Source: Chthoniobacteraceae bacterium
GTDB lineage: Bacteria; Verrucomicrobiota; Verrucomicrobiia; Chthoniobacterales; Chthoniobacteraceae
Length of the DNA stretch: 49,440 nucleotides
NCBI GenBank assembly: GCA_037190965.1
Contig: JBBCKI010000053.1
Coordinates: 1 to 49,440 of the forward strand
Direction: 5' to 3'
Positions 27,148-38,769 of this stretch are shown piece after piece (the stretch's first letter is position 1; the number at the start of each line of letters is the position of its first letter). A model generated the notes under the pieces. It was not told where the DNA came from. It searched no databases and saw only the letters and a list, made by a program, of their open reading frames with translations. The position numbers and the translations under genes were made by a program.

Positions 27148-27906
27148 GTGAAAAACAAACCACTCCCCTACAGATCCCCTGCCCTCTCCCCGGAAGCGGC
27201 ATTTTCTCTGATCGAGCTTCTGGTGGTCATCGCCGTTGTCTCCCTCCTATTTTCGGTGACCCTGCCGAGTATCAGCGCTGCTCGCAAGAGCGCGCTTGAA
27301 ACCAAGTCGTTAAGTCAACTTCGGCAGATCGGGATCGCGATGCACGCGTACGCCAACGATAACAATAACTACTTCCCGCTCGGGTATTACTATAAGAAAA
27401 CGGAAACCAGTACGGTGGAAAGAACCTACGCCACCGAACTGCTCTCCTATATGGGCCTGCCGGCGAGGTTCTATCTTCCCGAAGGGAATCCGTTCGTCTC
27501 GCCCACCTGCGAGGTTCCCGTCCGTTCCGGGGTCTCTGCAACATTCACTCCATTTACGTATTCCGTGCATGGTTTGTTGTGTGGCGACACCTCCCTCGAA
27601 GACAGGCGTCTCAAAAGGACCGGCGTGCTGCGCCCTTCGGAAGTCATTCTCGCGGGAGATGGCCCACAACTTAACAATACCTACGCAACGGCGAATTTCT
27701 CCTTCCCCTCCGAATTCGCCATGGCGGGAAAGCAGACCGATCTCGACAGCCTGATCCCCGTCGGCCCCGACACCGATGTCCAGGGCAGCCGGGGTTATCT
27801 ACGCTACCGTAATCGCGGGAAAGCCGCGGTGCTCATGGTGGATGGCCATGCTGAAATGCTGCAAAAGGGCACCGTGAAATACCGCAACCTTATTGCGGAT
27901 CGCTAG
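27148..27906 (+). CDS. Prepilin-type N-terminal cleavage/methylation protein with H-X9-DG-like C-terminal motif
   Basis: AA|FSLIELLVVIAVV..LPSISAAR..SQLRQIG.AM..YANDN; C-terminal RYRNRGKAAVLMVDGHAE. Confidence 0.9.
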   Translation: MKNKPLPYRSPALSPEAAFSLIELLVVIAVVSLLFSVTLPSISAARKSALETKSLSQLRQIGIAMHAYANDNNNYFPLGYYYKKTETSTVERTYATELLSYMGLPARFYLPEGNPFVSPTCEVPVRSGVSATFTPFTYSVHGLLCGDTSLEDRRLKRTGVLRPSEVILAGDGPQLNNTYATANFSFPSEFAMAGKQTDLDSLIPVGPDTDVQGSRGYLRYRNRGKAAVLMVDGHAEMLQKGTVKYRNLIADR

Positions 27907-27919
27907 TTCCTTACGCGAA

Positions 27920-28627
27920 TTACCCCCCGAGGTAGCATTCCCGCACCTTCGGGTCTTCCCGCAGCTTGGCCGAATCGTCCCCGAGGATGATCCTCCCCGT
28001 CTCCAACACGTAGCCGTAGTTGGATATCTCCAGCGCTAGGTTGGCGTTCTGCTCGACCAGGAGGATGGTGATCCCGAGCTGGCGGTTTACCTCCACGATC
28101 TTCGCGAAGATCGTCTTCACCAGAAGCGGCGCGATGCCCAACGACGGTTCGTCGAGCATCAGGCAGCGCGGCTTGCTCATTAATGCACGCCCAATGGCGA
28201 GCATTTGTTGTTCCCCCCCCGAAAGCGTGCCCGCCATCTGCTTCTCGCGCTCCTTGAGGCGGGGGAAGATTGAGAAAATGTAATCGAGCTCGTCCGGGTA
28301 GTTCTTCTTGTCACTGCGGCGGTAGGCCCCCATCAGGAGGTTCTCCATCACTGTCAGGTTCGCGAAGACCATCCGTCCTTCCGGCACGTGGCAGAGGCCG
28401 CGCGAGACAATCTTGTAGGAAGGGAGGCCGGCGATTTCTTCGCCCTCGAAACGGATTATCCCCGAGCGCGCCGGGACGATGCCGGAGAGCGCGCGGAGCG
28501 TGGTCGTTTTCCCCGCGCCGTTCGCGCCGATCAACGTCACGATGTGCCCCTTGGGAATATCGAGACTGATCCCGTGCAGGGCCGAGATCGACCCGTAGTT
28601 GACATGCAAATCGCGAACTTCAAGCAT
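27920..28627 (-). CDS. livF: Branched-chain amino acid ABC transporter ATPase
   Basis: GANGAGKTT, LSGGEQQMLAIGRALM, LDEPSLG, LLVEQN. Confidence 0.95.
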   Translation of the reverse strand: MLEVRDLHVNYGSISALHGISLDIPKGHIVTLIGANGAGKTTTLRALSGIVPARSGIIRFEGEEIAGLPSYKIVSRGLCHVPEGRMVFANLTVMENLLMGAYRRSDKKNYPDELDYIFSIFPRLKEREKQMAGTLSGGEQQMLAIGRALMSKPRCLMLDEPSLGIAPLLVKTIFAKIVEVNRQLGITILLVEQNANLALEISNYGYVLETGRIILGDDSAKLREDPKVRECYLGG

Positions 28628-28633
28628 CGGTGG

Positions 28634-29395
28634 TTACTCCCCAAGATAGGCTTCGATCACTTTCGGATTCGAACGGATGACTTCCGGCGAGCCCTCGGCA
28701 ATCTTGATGCCGTAGTCCAACACGGCAATGCGCTCGCAGATCCCCATGACCACGCGCATATCGTGTTCCACCAGCAGCACCGCAAGGCCGAACCGCTCCT
28801 GAGTAAAGCGGATCAGACGCATCAGCTCGAGCTTTTCGGTCGGGTTCATCCCGGCGGCGGGCTCATCGAGCAGGAGCAGCTTCGGGCGGGTAGCCAGCGC
28901 GCGCACGATCTCCAGACGGCGCTGGTCGCCATACGGCAGGCTAGTGGCCTGTGTGTCGCGGAGGTGATCAAGTTTGAAGATCTCCAACAACTCGACAACG
29001 GTTTTTTCCACCTCGCGCTCCTCGTCATCAAAGGCCGCCCCGCGCCAAAGAGCATGGGAAACCCCGTGCCTAAGGTGCATATTGCAAGCGGCACGCACGT
29101 TGTCGAAGACGCTCAACGAGCTGAAGAGCCGGATGTTCTGAAAGGTGCGGGCAATGCCGCGCCCCGTGATCTTGTAGGGAGGATGTCCAACCACCGATTC
29201 GCCATCGAAAAAGATCTCCCCGGCCGTCGGTTGGTAGACACCGGTAATCAGGTTGAAGACCGTTGTTTTTCCGGCTCCGTTGGGACCGATCAGCCCGAGC
29301 AGATCCCCCTTGTTCACGGTGAAATTCAGGCCGGAAACGGCCTTCAACCCGCCGAACTGGACGGTGCATTCTTTCAACTCAAGAAGCGGGGTCAT
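28634..29395 (-). CDS. livG: Branched-chain amino acid ABC transporter ATPase
   Basis: GPNGAGKTT, GIARTFQNIRLF, LPYGDQRRLEI, V..AYLG; ATG overlaps the livM stop. Confidence 0.95.
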   Translation of the reverse strand: MTPLLELKECTVQFGGLKAVSGLNFTVNKGDLLGLIGPNGAGKTTVFNLITGVYQPTAGEIFFDGESVVGHPPYKITGRGIARTFQNIRLFSSLSVFDNVRAACNMHLRHGVSHALWRGAAFDDEEREVEKTVVELLEIFKLDHLRDTQATSLPYGDQRRLEIVRALATRPKLLLLDEPAAGMNPTEKLELMRLIRFTQERFGLAVLLVEHDMRVVMGICERIAVLDYGIKIAEGSPEVIRSNPKVIEAYLGE

Positions 29396-30381
29396 GTTCG
29401 TTTGGATTTGAGCCATTTGGTAAACTTGCCGCTTCCGACAAACAACCCCTGCGGGCGTGTTAGCATCAGCACGATGAGGAGTAGCGAGTAGAGAATCATC
29501 CGGTTGCGAATGATCTGCGCCACCCAGACCGGCAGCGCATCCCACGCCGCGAAGGCACGCAACCCCTCAGGAAGAATCGTCAGTAGCACCGCCGCCGCGA
29601 TCACGCCGGGGGTGTTCCCCATCCCGCCCAGAATCACGATCACCACAATATCGACCGAGCGCAGGAAGTTGAACCCCTCGGGCGTGATGAACTGCTTGAA
29701 GTGCGCATAGAGACCGCCCGCGATGCCCGCGAAGAACGCGCCGATGACGAACGCCTGCACCTTGTACTTGGTGGTGTTGATCCCCATCGCTTCGGCGGCG
29801 ATCTCGTCGTCGCGCACTGTCAAAAAGCCCCGCCCGTAAGTCGAGTTGACCAGTAGGACAACGACGTAAATGGCAATCGCCGCCGCGAGATAGGTCCAGA
29901 AAAAGTTGGTCGGCCGGACCGGGATCGGGAAGCCACGCGGCCCGCCCACCACCTCCATATTTTGTAACACTACGCGGATGATCTCGCCGAACCCAAGCGT
30001 CACAATGGCCAAATAGTCGCCCTTGAGCCGCAATGAAGGCACGCCGACGGCCAACCCGGCAACGGCAGCCCCAAGCCCGCCCACGATGAGGGCACTGATG
30101 AAAGCAATCGTCGGCCCACCGGTGAAATTGCCGAAGCTCGAACCTACAAACACCGTCATCGCGGCGCTCAAGTACGCACCCACCGCCATGAACCCGGCAT
30201 GGCCGAGAGAAAATTGGCCGGTGTAGCCGTTCACGAGATTGAGACCCACCGCCAGGATGATGTTGATCCCGATGGAGATGACGATGTCGTCGTAATAAGG
30301 GTTGAACGACTTCTCAAACCACGCAATGAGGAGGCTCACCACCGCCGCCACTGCCAACCAGGTTTTGGGACGGGTACTCAT
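29392..30381 (-). CDS. livM: Branched-chain amino acid ABC transporter permease
   Basis: GLNLVNGYTGQFSLGHAGF, LRLKGDYLAIVTLGFGEI, RDDEIAAEAMGIN. Confidence 0.95.
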   Translation of the reverse strand: MSTRPKTWLAVAAVVSLLIAWFEKSFNPYYDDIVISIGINIILAVGLNLVNGYTGQFSLGHAGFMAVGAYLSAAMTVFVGSSFGNFTGGPTIAFISALIVGGLGAAVAGLAVGVPSLRLKGDYLAIVTLGFGEIIRVVLQNMEVVGGPRGFPIPVRPTNFFWTYLAAAIAIYVVVLLVNSTYGRGFLTVRDDEIAAEAMGINTTKYKVQAFVIGAFFAGIAGGLYAHFKQFITPEGFNFLRSVDIVVIVILGGMGNTPGVIAAAVLLTILPEGLRAFAAWDALPVWVAQIIRNRMILYSLLLIVLMLTRPQGLFVGSGKFTKWLKSKRT

Positions 30382-31310
30382 CAGACTTTCTCCCGCTCTG
30401 CGCTGCCCAACAGGCCGGACGGTTTGAAAAGGAGGATCAGGATCAACACCGCGAAGGCGATGGCATCCCGGTACATTGGGGAGACATAACCGACGACCAT
30501 TGTTTCAAGAATCCCGATAATAAAGCCGCCGAGCGCCGCGCCGGGGATATTGCCAATCCCTCCAAGCACCGCCGCCACGAAGGCCTTGATGCCCGGCAGG
30601 ATCCCCATCAACGGGTCAATGGACGGGTAGCTGATGGCGTTGAGAATCCCCGCCGCCGCCGCTAGCGCGGAGCCAAGCCCGAACGTGAAGGAGATGATCA
30701 CGTTGTTGTTGATCCCCATCAGCGAGGCCGCCACGGGATTGAAAGAGAGGGCGCGCATCGCCGTTCCCATCTTCGTCTTCATAACGACGAAGCGGAGCCC
30801 CACCAGAAGCGCCATGGTCACGACCAGAACCACCACCTGATTCACCGTTACCGTCAGTTCCCCAAGCCCCTCGATGGCGCGGTCGGGCAAAATCTCCGGA
30901 AAGAACTGGGGATCCGCCCCGAAAAGGAACTGCCCGAAGTTTTGCAGAAAAATCGAAACCCCGATTGCGGTGATAAGCACCGTCAGTCGGGGTCGATTGC
31001 GCAGCGGTTTATAGACGAGCCGCTCGATGGTGATACCGAGGATGGCGCATACCAACATCGAGATGAGCAGGACAGTCACCGCCCCCGCGATGACGCTCCA
31101 TGTGTAAGCGCCGGATTGATCTCCCGGGAAAATCTTCGCCACCCATGGGGCGGCATAAAATCCGGCGAACGCGCCCACCATATAAACATCGCCATGGGCG
31201 AAGTTGATGAAGCGCAGCACGCCATAAACCATCGTGTAACCAAGGGCGATCAGCGCGTAGATGGAGCCCAGCGCGAGGCCGTTGATGAGCTGCTGAAGAA
31301 ATTCTGTCAC
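30381..31310 (-). CDS. livH: Branched-chain amino acid ABC transporter permease
   Basis: QQLINGLALGSIYALIALGYTMVYG..INFAHG, KAFVAAVLGGIG; GTG at 31310. Confidence 0.95.
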   Translation of the reverse strand: MTEFLQQLINGLALGSIYALIALGYTMVYGVLRFINFAHGDVYMVGAFAGFYAAPWVAKIFPGDQSGAYTWSVIAGAVTVLLISMLVCAILGITIERLVYKPLRNRPRLTVLITAIGVSIFLQNFGQFLFGADPQFFPEILPDRAIEGLGELTVTVNQVVVLVVTMALLVGLRFVVMKTKMGTAMRALSFNPVAASLMGINNNVIISFTFGLGSALAAAAGILNAISYPSIDPLMGILPGIKAFVAAVLGGIGNIPGAALGGFIIGILETMVVGYVSPMYRDAIAFAVLILILLFKPSGLLGSAEREKV

Positions 31311-31363
31311 GGGAAGGAGGGAGGGAGGCGGGAGAGTTGAAAGATAGAGGCGAGCCAAGCGCG

Positions 31364-31386
31364 AAAGCTGCGGGGACCGCAGCTTT
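31364..31386 (-). terminator. Stem-loop between the binding-protein gene and livH (partial terminator or mRNA stabiliser)
   Basis: aaagctgcgg-gga-ccgcagcttt, a perfect 10-bp stem; only a short U tract. Confidence 0.55.
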
Positions 31387-31496
31387 TCGTTAGCAGGGAG
31401 CGCCTTCGAACCCTAGTAAAAACTCCATTCGGATTGACGGTTTACGATCTGGAGAAAACAGCCTCTCCCCTCCTCCTTCGGTTGTTCTTGAACTTT

Positions 31497-32615
31497 CTAC
31501 GGTTCGACCGTCTCCACGAACTTGAACTTGCCCTCTTCAATCGTCTGGATGACGGCGGCCTTCCGGGCGTTGCGGTTCTCGTCGATGGTGATCTTTCCGG
31601 TGACACCCTGGAAATCCTTCGTGGTGGCCAGCGCGTCGCGGATCGCCTTGGGCTCCGCCGCTCCGGCGCGTTTGATGGCGTCGGCGAGGATGTTCATGCC
31701 GTCATAGCCGAGCGCGGCCATGTCGTCAGGCATGGTGTTGTACTTGGCCTGGTACTTCTTGATGAAGTTCTGAAGCGTGGGGTCCTGATTCTCCATGGAG
31801 CAGTGGCCGGAGAAGAAGCTGCCGTCCAGCGCCTTGCCCGCGATCGGGAGGAGGGAGTTGCCGATCCAGCCGTCGCCGCCAAGGAACGGGGCCTTGATGC
31901 CGAGCTGGCGTGCCTGCCGGGCAATCAGCGCGACCTCCCCGTAGTAGCCGGGGACAAAAATCGCGTCGGGCTTCGTGGCTTTGAGCGAGGTCAACTGAGC
32001 TTTGAAATCCTTGTCGCCGGAGCTGTAGCTCTGCTCCTTGACGATGTTGCCGCCGTTCTCCTTGAAATATTTCAGGAACGCCTCGGCGAGGCCCTTGCTG
32101 TAGTCCTGCTTCTCGTCGGTCAGCACCGCGACGTTTTTGTAACCCTTGGCGATGGCGAACTTCGCCATCACGGTGCCCTGGAAGGGGTCGATAAAGCAGT
32201 TACGGAAAATGTAATCGCCCACCTCCGTCACCTTTGCGTTGGTCGCGCCGGGCGAAAGCATCGGGATCTTGTGTTCCTGCGCGATGGGAGCGGCTTCGAG
32301 CGCCTTTGAGGAGGCAAACTCGCCCAGCACCGCCACAACCTTGTCGCTGGCGATTAGCTTGCGGATGATGGTGGCCGGTTCGCCTGCCACGGAACGATCG
32401 TCTTCGGTGATCAGCTTGATCTTTTTACCCAACACGCCCCCGGCGGCGTTGATTTCTTCGAGCGCAAGCGCGCTCCCGCGGGTCGAGGAAATGCCGTAGC
32501 TGGCATTGGCTCCCGTAAGCGATTCAAACTCTCCGATCCTGATCTCATCCTGGGCGAAAGCGCCCGAAGTGATGGCCATCAACGCGGCGCAAGTAAGGGA
32601 AATAATTGGTTTCAT
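31497..32615 (-). CDS. Branched-chain amino acid ABC transporter substrate-binding protein (LivJ/LivK family)
   Basis: Signal peptide; LALEEINAAGGVLGKKI, GDKDFKAQLT, FQGVTGKITID. Confidence 0.93.
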   Translation of the reverse strand: MKPIISLTCAALMAITSGAFAQDEIRIGEFESLTGANASYGISSTRGSALALEEINAAGGVLGKKIKLITEDDRSVAGEPATIIRKLIASDKVVAVLGEFASSKALEAAPIAQEHKIPMLSPGATNAKVTEVGDYIFRNCFIDPFQGTVMAKFAIAKGYKNVAVLTDEKQDYSKGLAEAFLKYFKENGGNIVKEQSYSSGDKDFKAQLTSLKATKPDAIFVPGYYGEVALIARQARQLGIKAPFLGGDGWIGNSLLPIAGKALDGSFFSGHCSMENQDPTLQNFIKKYQAKYNTMPDDMAALGYDGMNILADAIKRAGAAEPKAIRDALATTKDFQGVTGKITIDENRNARKAAVIQTIEEGKFKFVETVEP

Positions 32616-32933
32616 AAGCTTATCAAAAACACGATGTGGGTTGTGACACTCGATCCTTTGCGACCACAAAGAAATCCCTTTTTATGGCTTCGCCACAAGC
32701 GAATTCAACGTGAACCTCAATGGAGTCCCAACCCGAACATTGGGGAATTTTGACGCGATTCGCGTCTCGTGGTAGAAATTTCTTGGTTGAAAGCAGATTT
32801 TCTTATATCTCGGCGCATCTGCATCCGCACATGAAACGCTCTCAATGCTTCGCCTCTAACCTTGGCGGGTCCATCGTCACATCGACCCCCGCCTGTGAAA
32901 CGTGGGCTGCTTCTCTTTGATCCATCCTTATCA

Positions 32934-33623
32934 ATGAAACCCCTCGTCGCCTTTTACCAATCGTCCATCGGAAAGAAGTGGATCGTGGCTCTCACCGGCC
33001 TCGTGCTCGTCCTCTTCGTGATCGGGCACATGCTCGGTAACCTCCAGATCTTTCTCGGGCAGGAGACCCTGAACGTCTACGCCGAGAAACTCCAGAGCCT
33101 GGGAGATCTTCTCTGGATCATTCGTGGATTCCTGCTCGTGGTCATCTTAGTCCACATCTTCACCACGGTGCGCCTGGCGATCCAAAGCGCCGCCGCCCGG
33201 CCTCAGAAGTACGCGGTCAAGAAGAACATCGCGGCGAGCACGGCGGCCAAGACGATGCTCCTGAGCGGCCTGGTTCTCCTCGCCTTCATCATCTTCCACA
33301 TCCTGCACTTCACCGCGCAGACGATCGACCCGGCCTGGAAAACATGGCACGACGCCGCGGGACGGCATGACGTTTACAACATGATGATCGCCGGCTTCCA
33401 AAGCCCGCTGGTGTCCGGTTTCTATATCCTCGCCGTTTTCCTTCTCTGCCTGCACATGAGCCATGGCATCCAGAGCTTTTTGCAGACCCTCGGCGGCCGC
33501 ACGCGCGGTTTCGCTCCCGCGATTTCCAAAGCCAGCGTCGTCATCGCCTGGCTCACTTTCCTCGGCTACGCCTCGATCCCCACGGCGGTGCTGCTCGGTT
33601 TTCTCACTTTGAAGGGACATTAA
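32934..33623 (+). CDS. sdhC: Succinate dehydrogenase/fumarate reductase cytochrome b558 subunit (type B)
   Basis: SSIGKK..ALTG..L..F.I.HM.GNL; conserved His in TM helices; HGIQS..QTLG. Confidence 0.93.
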   Translation: MKPLVAFYQSSIGKKWIVALTGLVLVLFVIGHMLGNLQIFLGQETLNVYAEKLQSLGDLLWIIRGFLLVVILVHIFTTVRLAIQSAAARPQKYAVKKNIAASTAAKTMLLSGLVLLAFIIFHILHFTAQTIDPAWKTWHDAAGRHDVYNMMIAGFQSPLVSGFYILAVFLLCLHMSHGIQSFLQTLGGRTRGFAPAISKASVVIAWLTFLGYASIPTAVLLGFLTLKGH

Positions 33624-33636
33624 TTGGAACACTAAA

Positions 33637-35553
<1,917 letters not shown>

Positions 35554-35591
35554 GAATCCATTCAAGGCCCAATCCAACGCCTCATTTTTCT

Positions 35592-36347
35592 ATGAATCTC
35601 ACCCTCCGAGTCTGGCGCCAAGCGAGCGCCGCAGCCCCCGGCAAGTTCGTTGAGTACGATGCGAAGAACATTCCGACCGAATGCTCCTTCCTGGAAATGC
35701 TCGACATCGTGAACGAGGACCTGATCGAAAAGAACGTCGATCCGATCGCCTTCGACCATGACTGCCGCGAAGGCATCTGCGGGATGTGCTCCCTCATGAT
35801 CAACGGCGTCGCCCATGGTCCTGAACGGGCCACGACGACCTGCCAGCTTCACATGCGGCACTTCAACGACGGCGACACGATCTACATCGAGCCGTGGCGC
35901 GCCGCCGCCTTCCCTCTCATCAAGGATCTCGTCGTCGATCGCACCTCCTTCGACCGTATTCAGGAAGCGGGCGGCTTCATCACCGCGCGCGCCGGGTCGC
36001 CGCAGGACGCCAATAGCCTCCCGATCCCCAAGCAGGACGCCGACGCCGCGATGGACGCCGCCGCCTGCATCGGTTGCGGAGCCTGTGTCGCCGCCTGCCC
36101 GAACTCTTCCGCCATGCTCTTTGTGGGCGCGAAAGTCTCCCACCTCGCCCTGCTCCCGCAAGGCCAGCCGGAAAGAACCCGCCGGGTTCTCAAGATGGTC
36201 AAGACGATGGACCAGGCCGGGTTCGGCAATTGCAGCAACTACTACGAATGCGAAGCCGTCTGCCCGGCGGAGATCAACGTCTCCGTCATCGCACGGCTCA
36301 ACCGCGAGTACACGCTCGGCGCCATCAAGGATAGCGCGGGGATCTAA
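35592..36347 (+). CDS. sdhB: Succinate dehydrogenase/fumarate reductase Fe-S subunit
   Basis: [34 protein letters not shown]. Confidence 0.96.
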   Translation: MNLTLRVWRQASAAAPGKFVEYDAKNIPTECSFLEMLDIVNEDLIEKNVDPIAFDHDCREGICGMCSLMINGVAHGPERATTTCQLHMRHFNDGDTIYIEPWRAAAFPLIKDLVVDRTSFDRIQEAGGFITARAGSPQDANSLPIPKQDADAAMDAAACIGCGACVAACPNSSAMLFVGAKVSHLALLPQGQPERTRRVLKMVKTMDQAGFGNCSNYYECEAVCPAEINVSVIARLNREYTLGAIKDSAGI

Positions 36348-36487
36348 TTTCCCAACGCAGACGCTCCCCCGAAATTCCGATCCGGGGAGCGCTTCGGCAG
36401 GCAAAATTCAGGCCGCGAATCGCGACTGTTTTTCGCTCATTTTCGCGCACATCCGCCGATGTTTCCGCGACGATGAGTGGCTTCGCC

Positions 36488-36505
36488 TTGTGAAAATTTT
36501 CACAA
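36488..36505. promoter_or_regulatory. Perfect 18-bp palindrome matching the Rex operator (also the CRP/FNR-family TGTGA-N6-TCACA)
   Basis: TTGTGAAAATTTTCACAA equals TTGTGAA-N4-TTCACAA, 75 bp upstream of nuoD. Confidence 0.75.
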
Positions 36506-36511
36506 TTGCGC

Positions 36512-36541
36512 TTGCCTCACTTTCAGAAGCCACCTTAATTT
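36512..36541 (+). promoter_or_regulatory. Candidate sigma70 promoter of the nuoD-N operon
   Basis: TTGCCT-N18-TAATTT, 39 bp before the nuoD ATG. Confidence 0.45.
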
Positions 36542-36580
36542 CCAGAAGCATCCCGCATTCTTTTTCCCAACGCATCCAGC

Positions 36581-37885
36581 ATGGCTGTCTCCAAGCACGA
36601 GTTTGAATCGCCCGACACATTGGGTCGCGCCCGTCAACACCTTGAAAATCAACGTCTTGAGGGTTCCGGCAGCGGCGGCGCTCCGCGTGAAGGTGCGGAA
36701 GCACTCCACGACGATCTCCTCGGGGAAAAGTTGATCATCAACATGGGGCCTTCCCACCCGGCCACCCACGGGGTTTTGCGCCTGGTGCTGGAGCTGGACG
36801 GTGAGATCATCACTAAGGCAACCCCGGATGTCGGCTACCTGCACCGTGGGGACGAAAAAATCGCCGAGGCGATGCAGTACAACCAGTTTGTGCCGTACAC
36901 CGACCGGCTCGATTACCTCGCCCCGCTGGCCAGCAACGTCGCCTATGCGATGGCGGTCGAGAAGCTGATGGGCTGGGAGCTCCCTGCGCGCGGTCAGGCC
37001 ATCCGCGTCCTGGCGTGCGAACTCGCCCGTATTTCCGCCCACCTCCTCGGCATCGGCTGTTTCGCCATGGACACCGGGGCGATGACGGTCTTCCTCTACA
37101 CCTTCACCGAGCGCGAGAAGATCTACAACCTTTGCGAACAGCTCACGGGAGCGCGCTTCACCACCAGTTACACCCGTGTGGGCGGCCAAATCCGCGATCT
37201 GCCAGACGGCTTCACGCAGGCGGTGCTCGACTTCCTTGAGGGGCTGATCACTCAGGTGGACGAGATCGACAAGCTTCTCACCCGCAACCGCATTTTTGTA
37301 GACCGCACCCGGGATATCGGCGTGCTCTCGAAGGAGATGGCGATCGACTACGGCATCACCGGCCCGAACCTGCGCGGCTCCGGCGTGGATCACGACCTCC
37401 GCAAGAAGCAGCCTTACCTCGGGTATGAGAAGTACGACTTCGACATTCCCATCGGCACCGTTGGCGACAGCTACGACCGTTATTACGTCCGCCTCGAAGA
37501 GCTTCGCCAGAGCGTGAAGATCATTCGCCAGGTGATCGACAAGCTCCCGAGCGGCCCGGTCAACATCGGCGACGGGAAGAATTTCCGCCCTGACAAACGC
37601 GAAGTCCTGACCAAGATGGAGGAGTTGATCCATCACTTCATCCTGCATACGGAGGGCATCGATGCTCCTCCCGGAGAGGTCTACTTCGCTGCTGAAAACC
37701 CGAAGGGCGAACTTGGATTTTACATCAACAGCCGTGGGGGCGGCGTCCCGCACCGCCTCAAGATCCGCAGCCCATCCTTCGTCAACCTGAGCGTCCTTCC
37801 CGAAATCCTGAAGGGGCACATGATGAGCGACGTGGTCGCGATCCTCGGCAGCCTCGACTTCGTGATGGGCGAATGCGACCGGTAA
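36581..37885 (+). CDS. nuoD: NADH-quinone oxidoreductase subunit D
   Basis: NMGPSHPATHGVLRL, GYLHRG, DRLDY, ENPKGELG, DFVMGECDR. Confidence 0.97.
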   Translation: MAVSKHEFESPDTLGRARQHLENQRLEGSGSGGAPREGAEALHDDLLGEKLIINMGPSHPATHGVLRLVLELDGEIITKATPDVGYLHRGDEKIAEAMQYNQFVPYTDRLDYLAPLASNVAYAMAVEKLMGWELPARGQAIRVLACELARISAHLLGIGCFAMDTGAMTVFLYTFTEREKIYNLCEQLTGARFTTSYTRVGGQIRDLPDGFTQAVLDFLEGLITQVDEIDKLLTRNRIFVDRTRDIGVLSKEMAIDYGITGPNLRGSGVDHDLRKKQPYLGYEKYDFDIPIGTVGDSYDRYYVRLEELRQSVKIIRQVIDKLPSGPVNIGDGKNFRPDKREVLTKMEELIHHFILHTEGIDAPPGEVYFAAENPKGELGFYINSRGGGVPHRLKIRSPSFVNLSVLPEILKGHMMSDVVAILGSLDFVMGECDR

Positions 37886-37921
37886 TCACGCCCGGCATTC
37901 ATTGACCCGATAGAAGAACAC

Positions 37922-38263
37922 TTGATCAAACCAACCTCCATACGTCAGGCCATCGTCGCAATCCCCGCGGCGCTGATGTTGACCGCTTGCGATCAGTACC
38001 TCACGGATGCCAATCTCCGCGAAGTAAAGACCGAGATGACGACCAAGGAGGTCGAGTCGATCCTCGGGCCACCCCGGCGCGTGGAGGGCGTGCAGAACGC
38101 CCCCAGCCTCTCCGGGCTCCTGAATTCTTCCGAACAGAAAACGCCAACTGAACGGCAACCGGTCACCCGCTACATTTACGAGCAGGATGGCCGAAAGGTT
38201 GAGCTGACTTTCGCAGGCGACCGGCTTATCCCCGGCGGCGTCAGCGGCTCTTTTGAAAAGTAA
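37922..38263 (+). CDS. SmpA/OmlA (BamE)-like small lipoprotein inside the nuo operon
   Basis: Lipobox LTAC; EMTTKEVESILGPP signature; Y.Y...V.L.F; exactly fills the nuoD-nuoE gap. Confidence 0.7.
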   Translation: MIKPTSIRQAIVAIPAALMLTACDQYLTDANLREVKTEMTTKEVESILGPPRRVEGVQNAPSLSGLLNSSEQKTPTERQPVTRYIYEQDGRKVELTFAGDRLIPGGVSGSFEK

Positions 38264-38270
38264 ATCATCG

Positions 38271-38768
38271 ATGCAGATTCCACCTGACCTACTTTCGAAA
38301 ATCGACGAGGCGATCTCGCACTACCCGGTGTCGAAGCGCAGCGCCTCGCTCCCGTTGCTGCATCTCTTCCAGGAGCACTTCGGTTATATCTCCGAGGAAT
38401 CCATCGTCTGGATTGCCGAAAAACTGGAGCTTCAGCCGATCAATATTCTGGAGCTGGTAACCTTCTACCCGATGTTCCGCCGCAAACCGGCCGGCAAGCA
38501 TCACATCCGCGTCTGCCGCACGCTTTCCTGCGCGATGGCGGGTGGCTACGAGCTCAAGGAGAAGTTCTGCAAAGCGGCGGGAATCGACTGCCATGGCGGA
38601 CATGGCCACGGCGAGCCGATCACGGTCAGCGAGGACGGCAAATACTCCATCGAATTCGTGGAGTGCCTGGCAAGCTGCGGCACCGGCCCGGTGTGCATGG
38701 TCAACGACGACTTCTATGAAGCCGTTGCTGACGAAGAGGTTAAGCAAATCCTTTCCAAGTATCAGTAA
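38271..38768 (+). CDS. nuoE: NADH-quinone oxidoreductase subunit E
   Basis: TFYPMF, VCRTLSC, ECLASCGTGP. Confidence 0.95.
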   Translation: MQIPPDLLSKIDEAISHYPVSKRSASLPLLHLFQEHFGYISEESIVWIAEKLELQPINILELVTFYPMFRRKPAGKHHIRVCRTLSCAMAGGYELKEKFCKAAGIDCHGGHGHGEPITVSEDGKYSIEFVECLASCGTGPVCMVNDDFYEAVADEEVKQILSKYQ

Positions 38769-38769
38769 A

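Noticed and set aside
36362..36391. Stem-loop cgctcccc...ggggagcg after sdhB as a terminator
   Set aside because: Large loop and no U tract; too weak to call.
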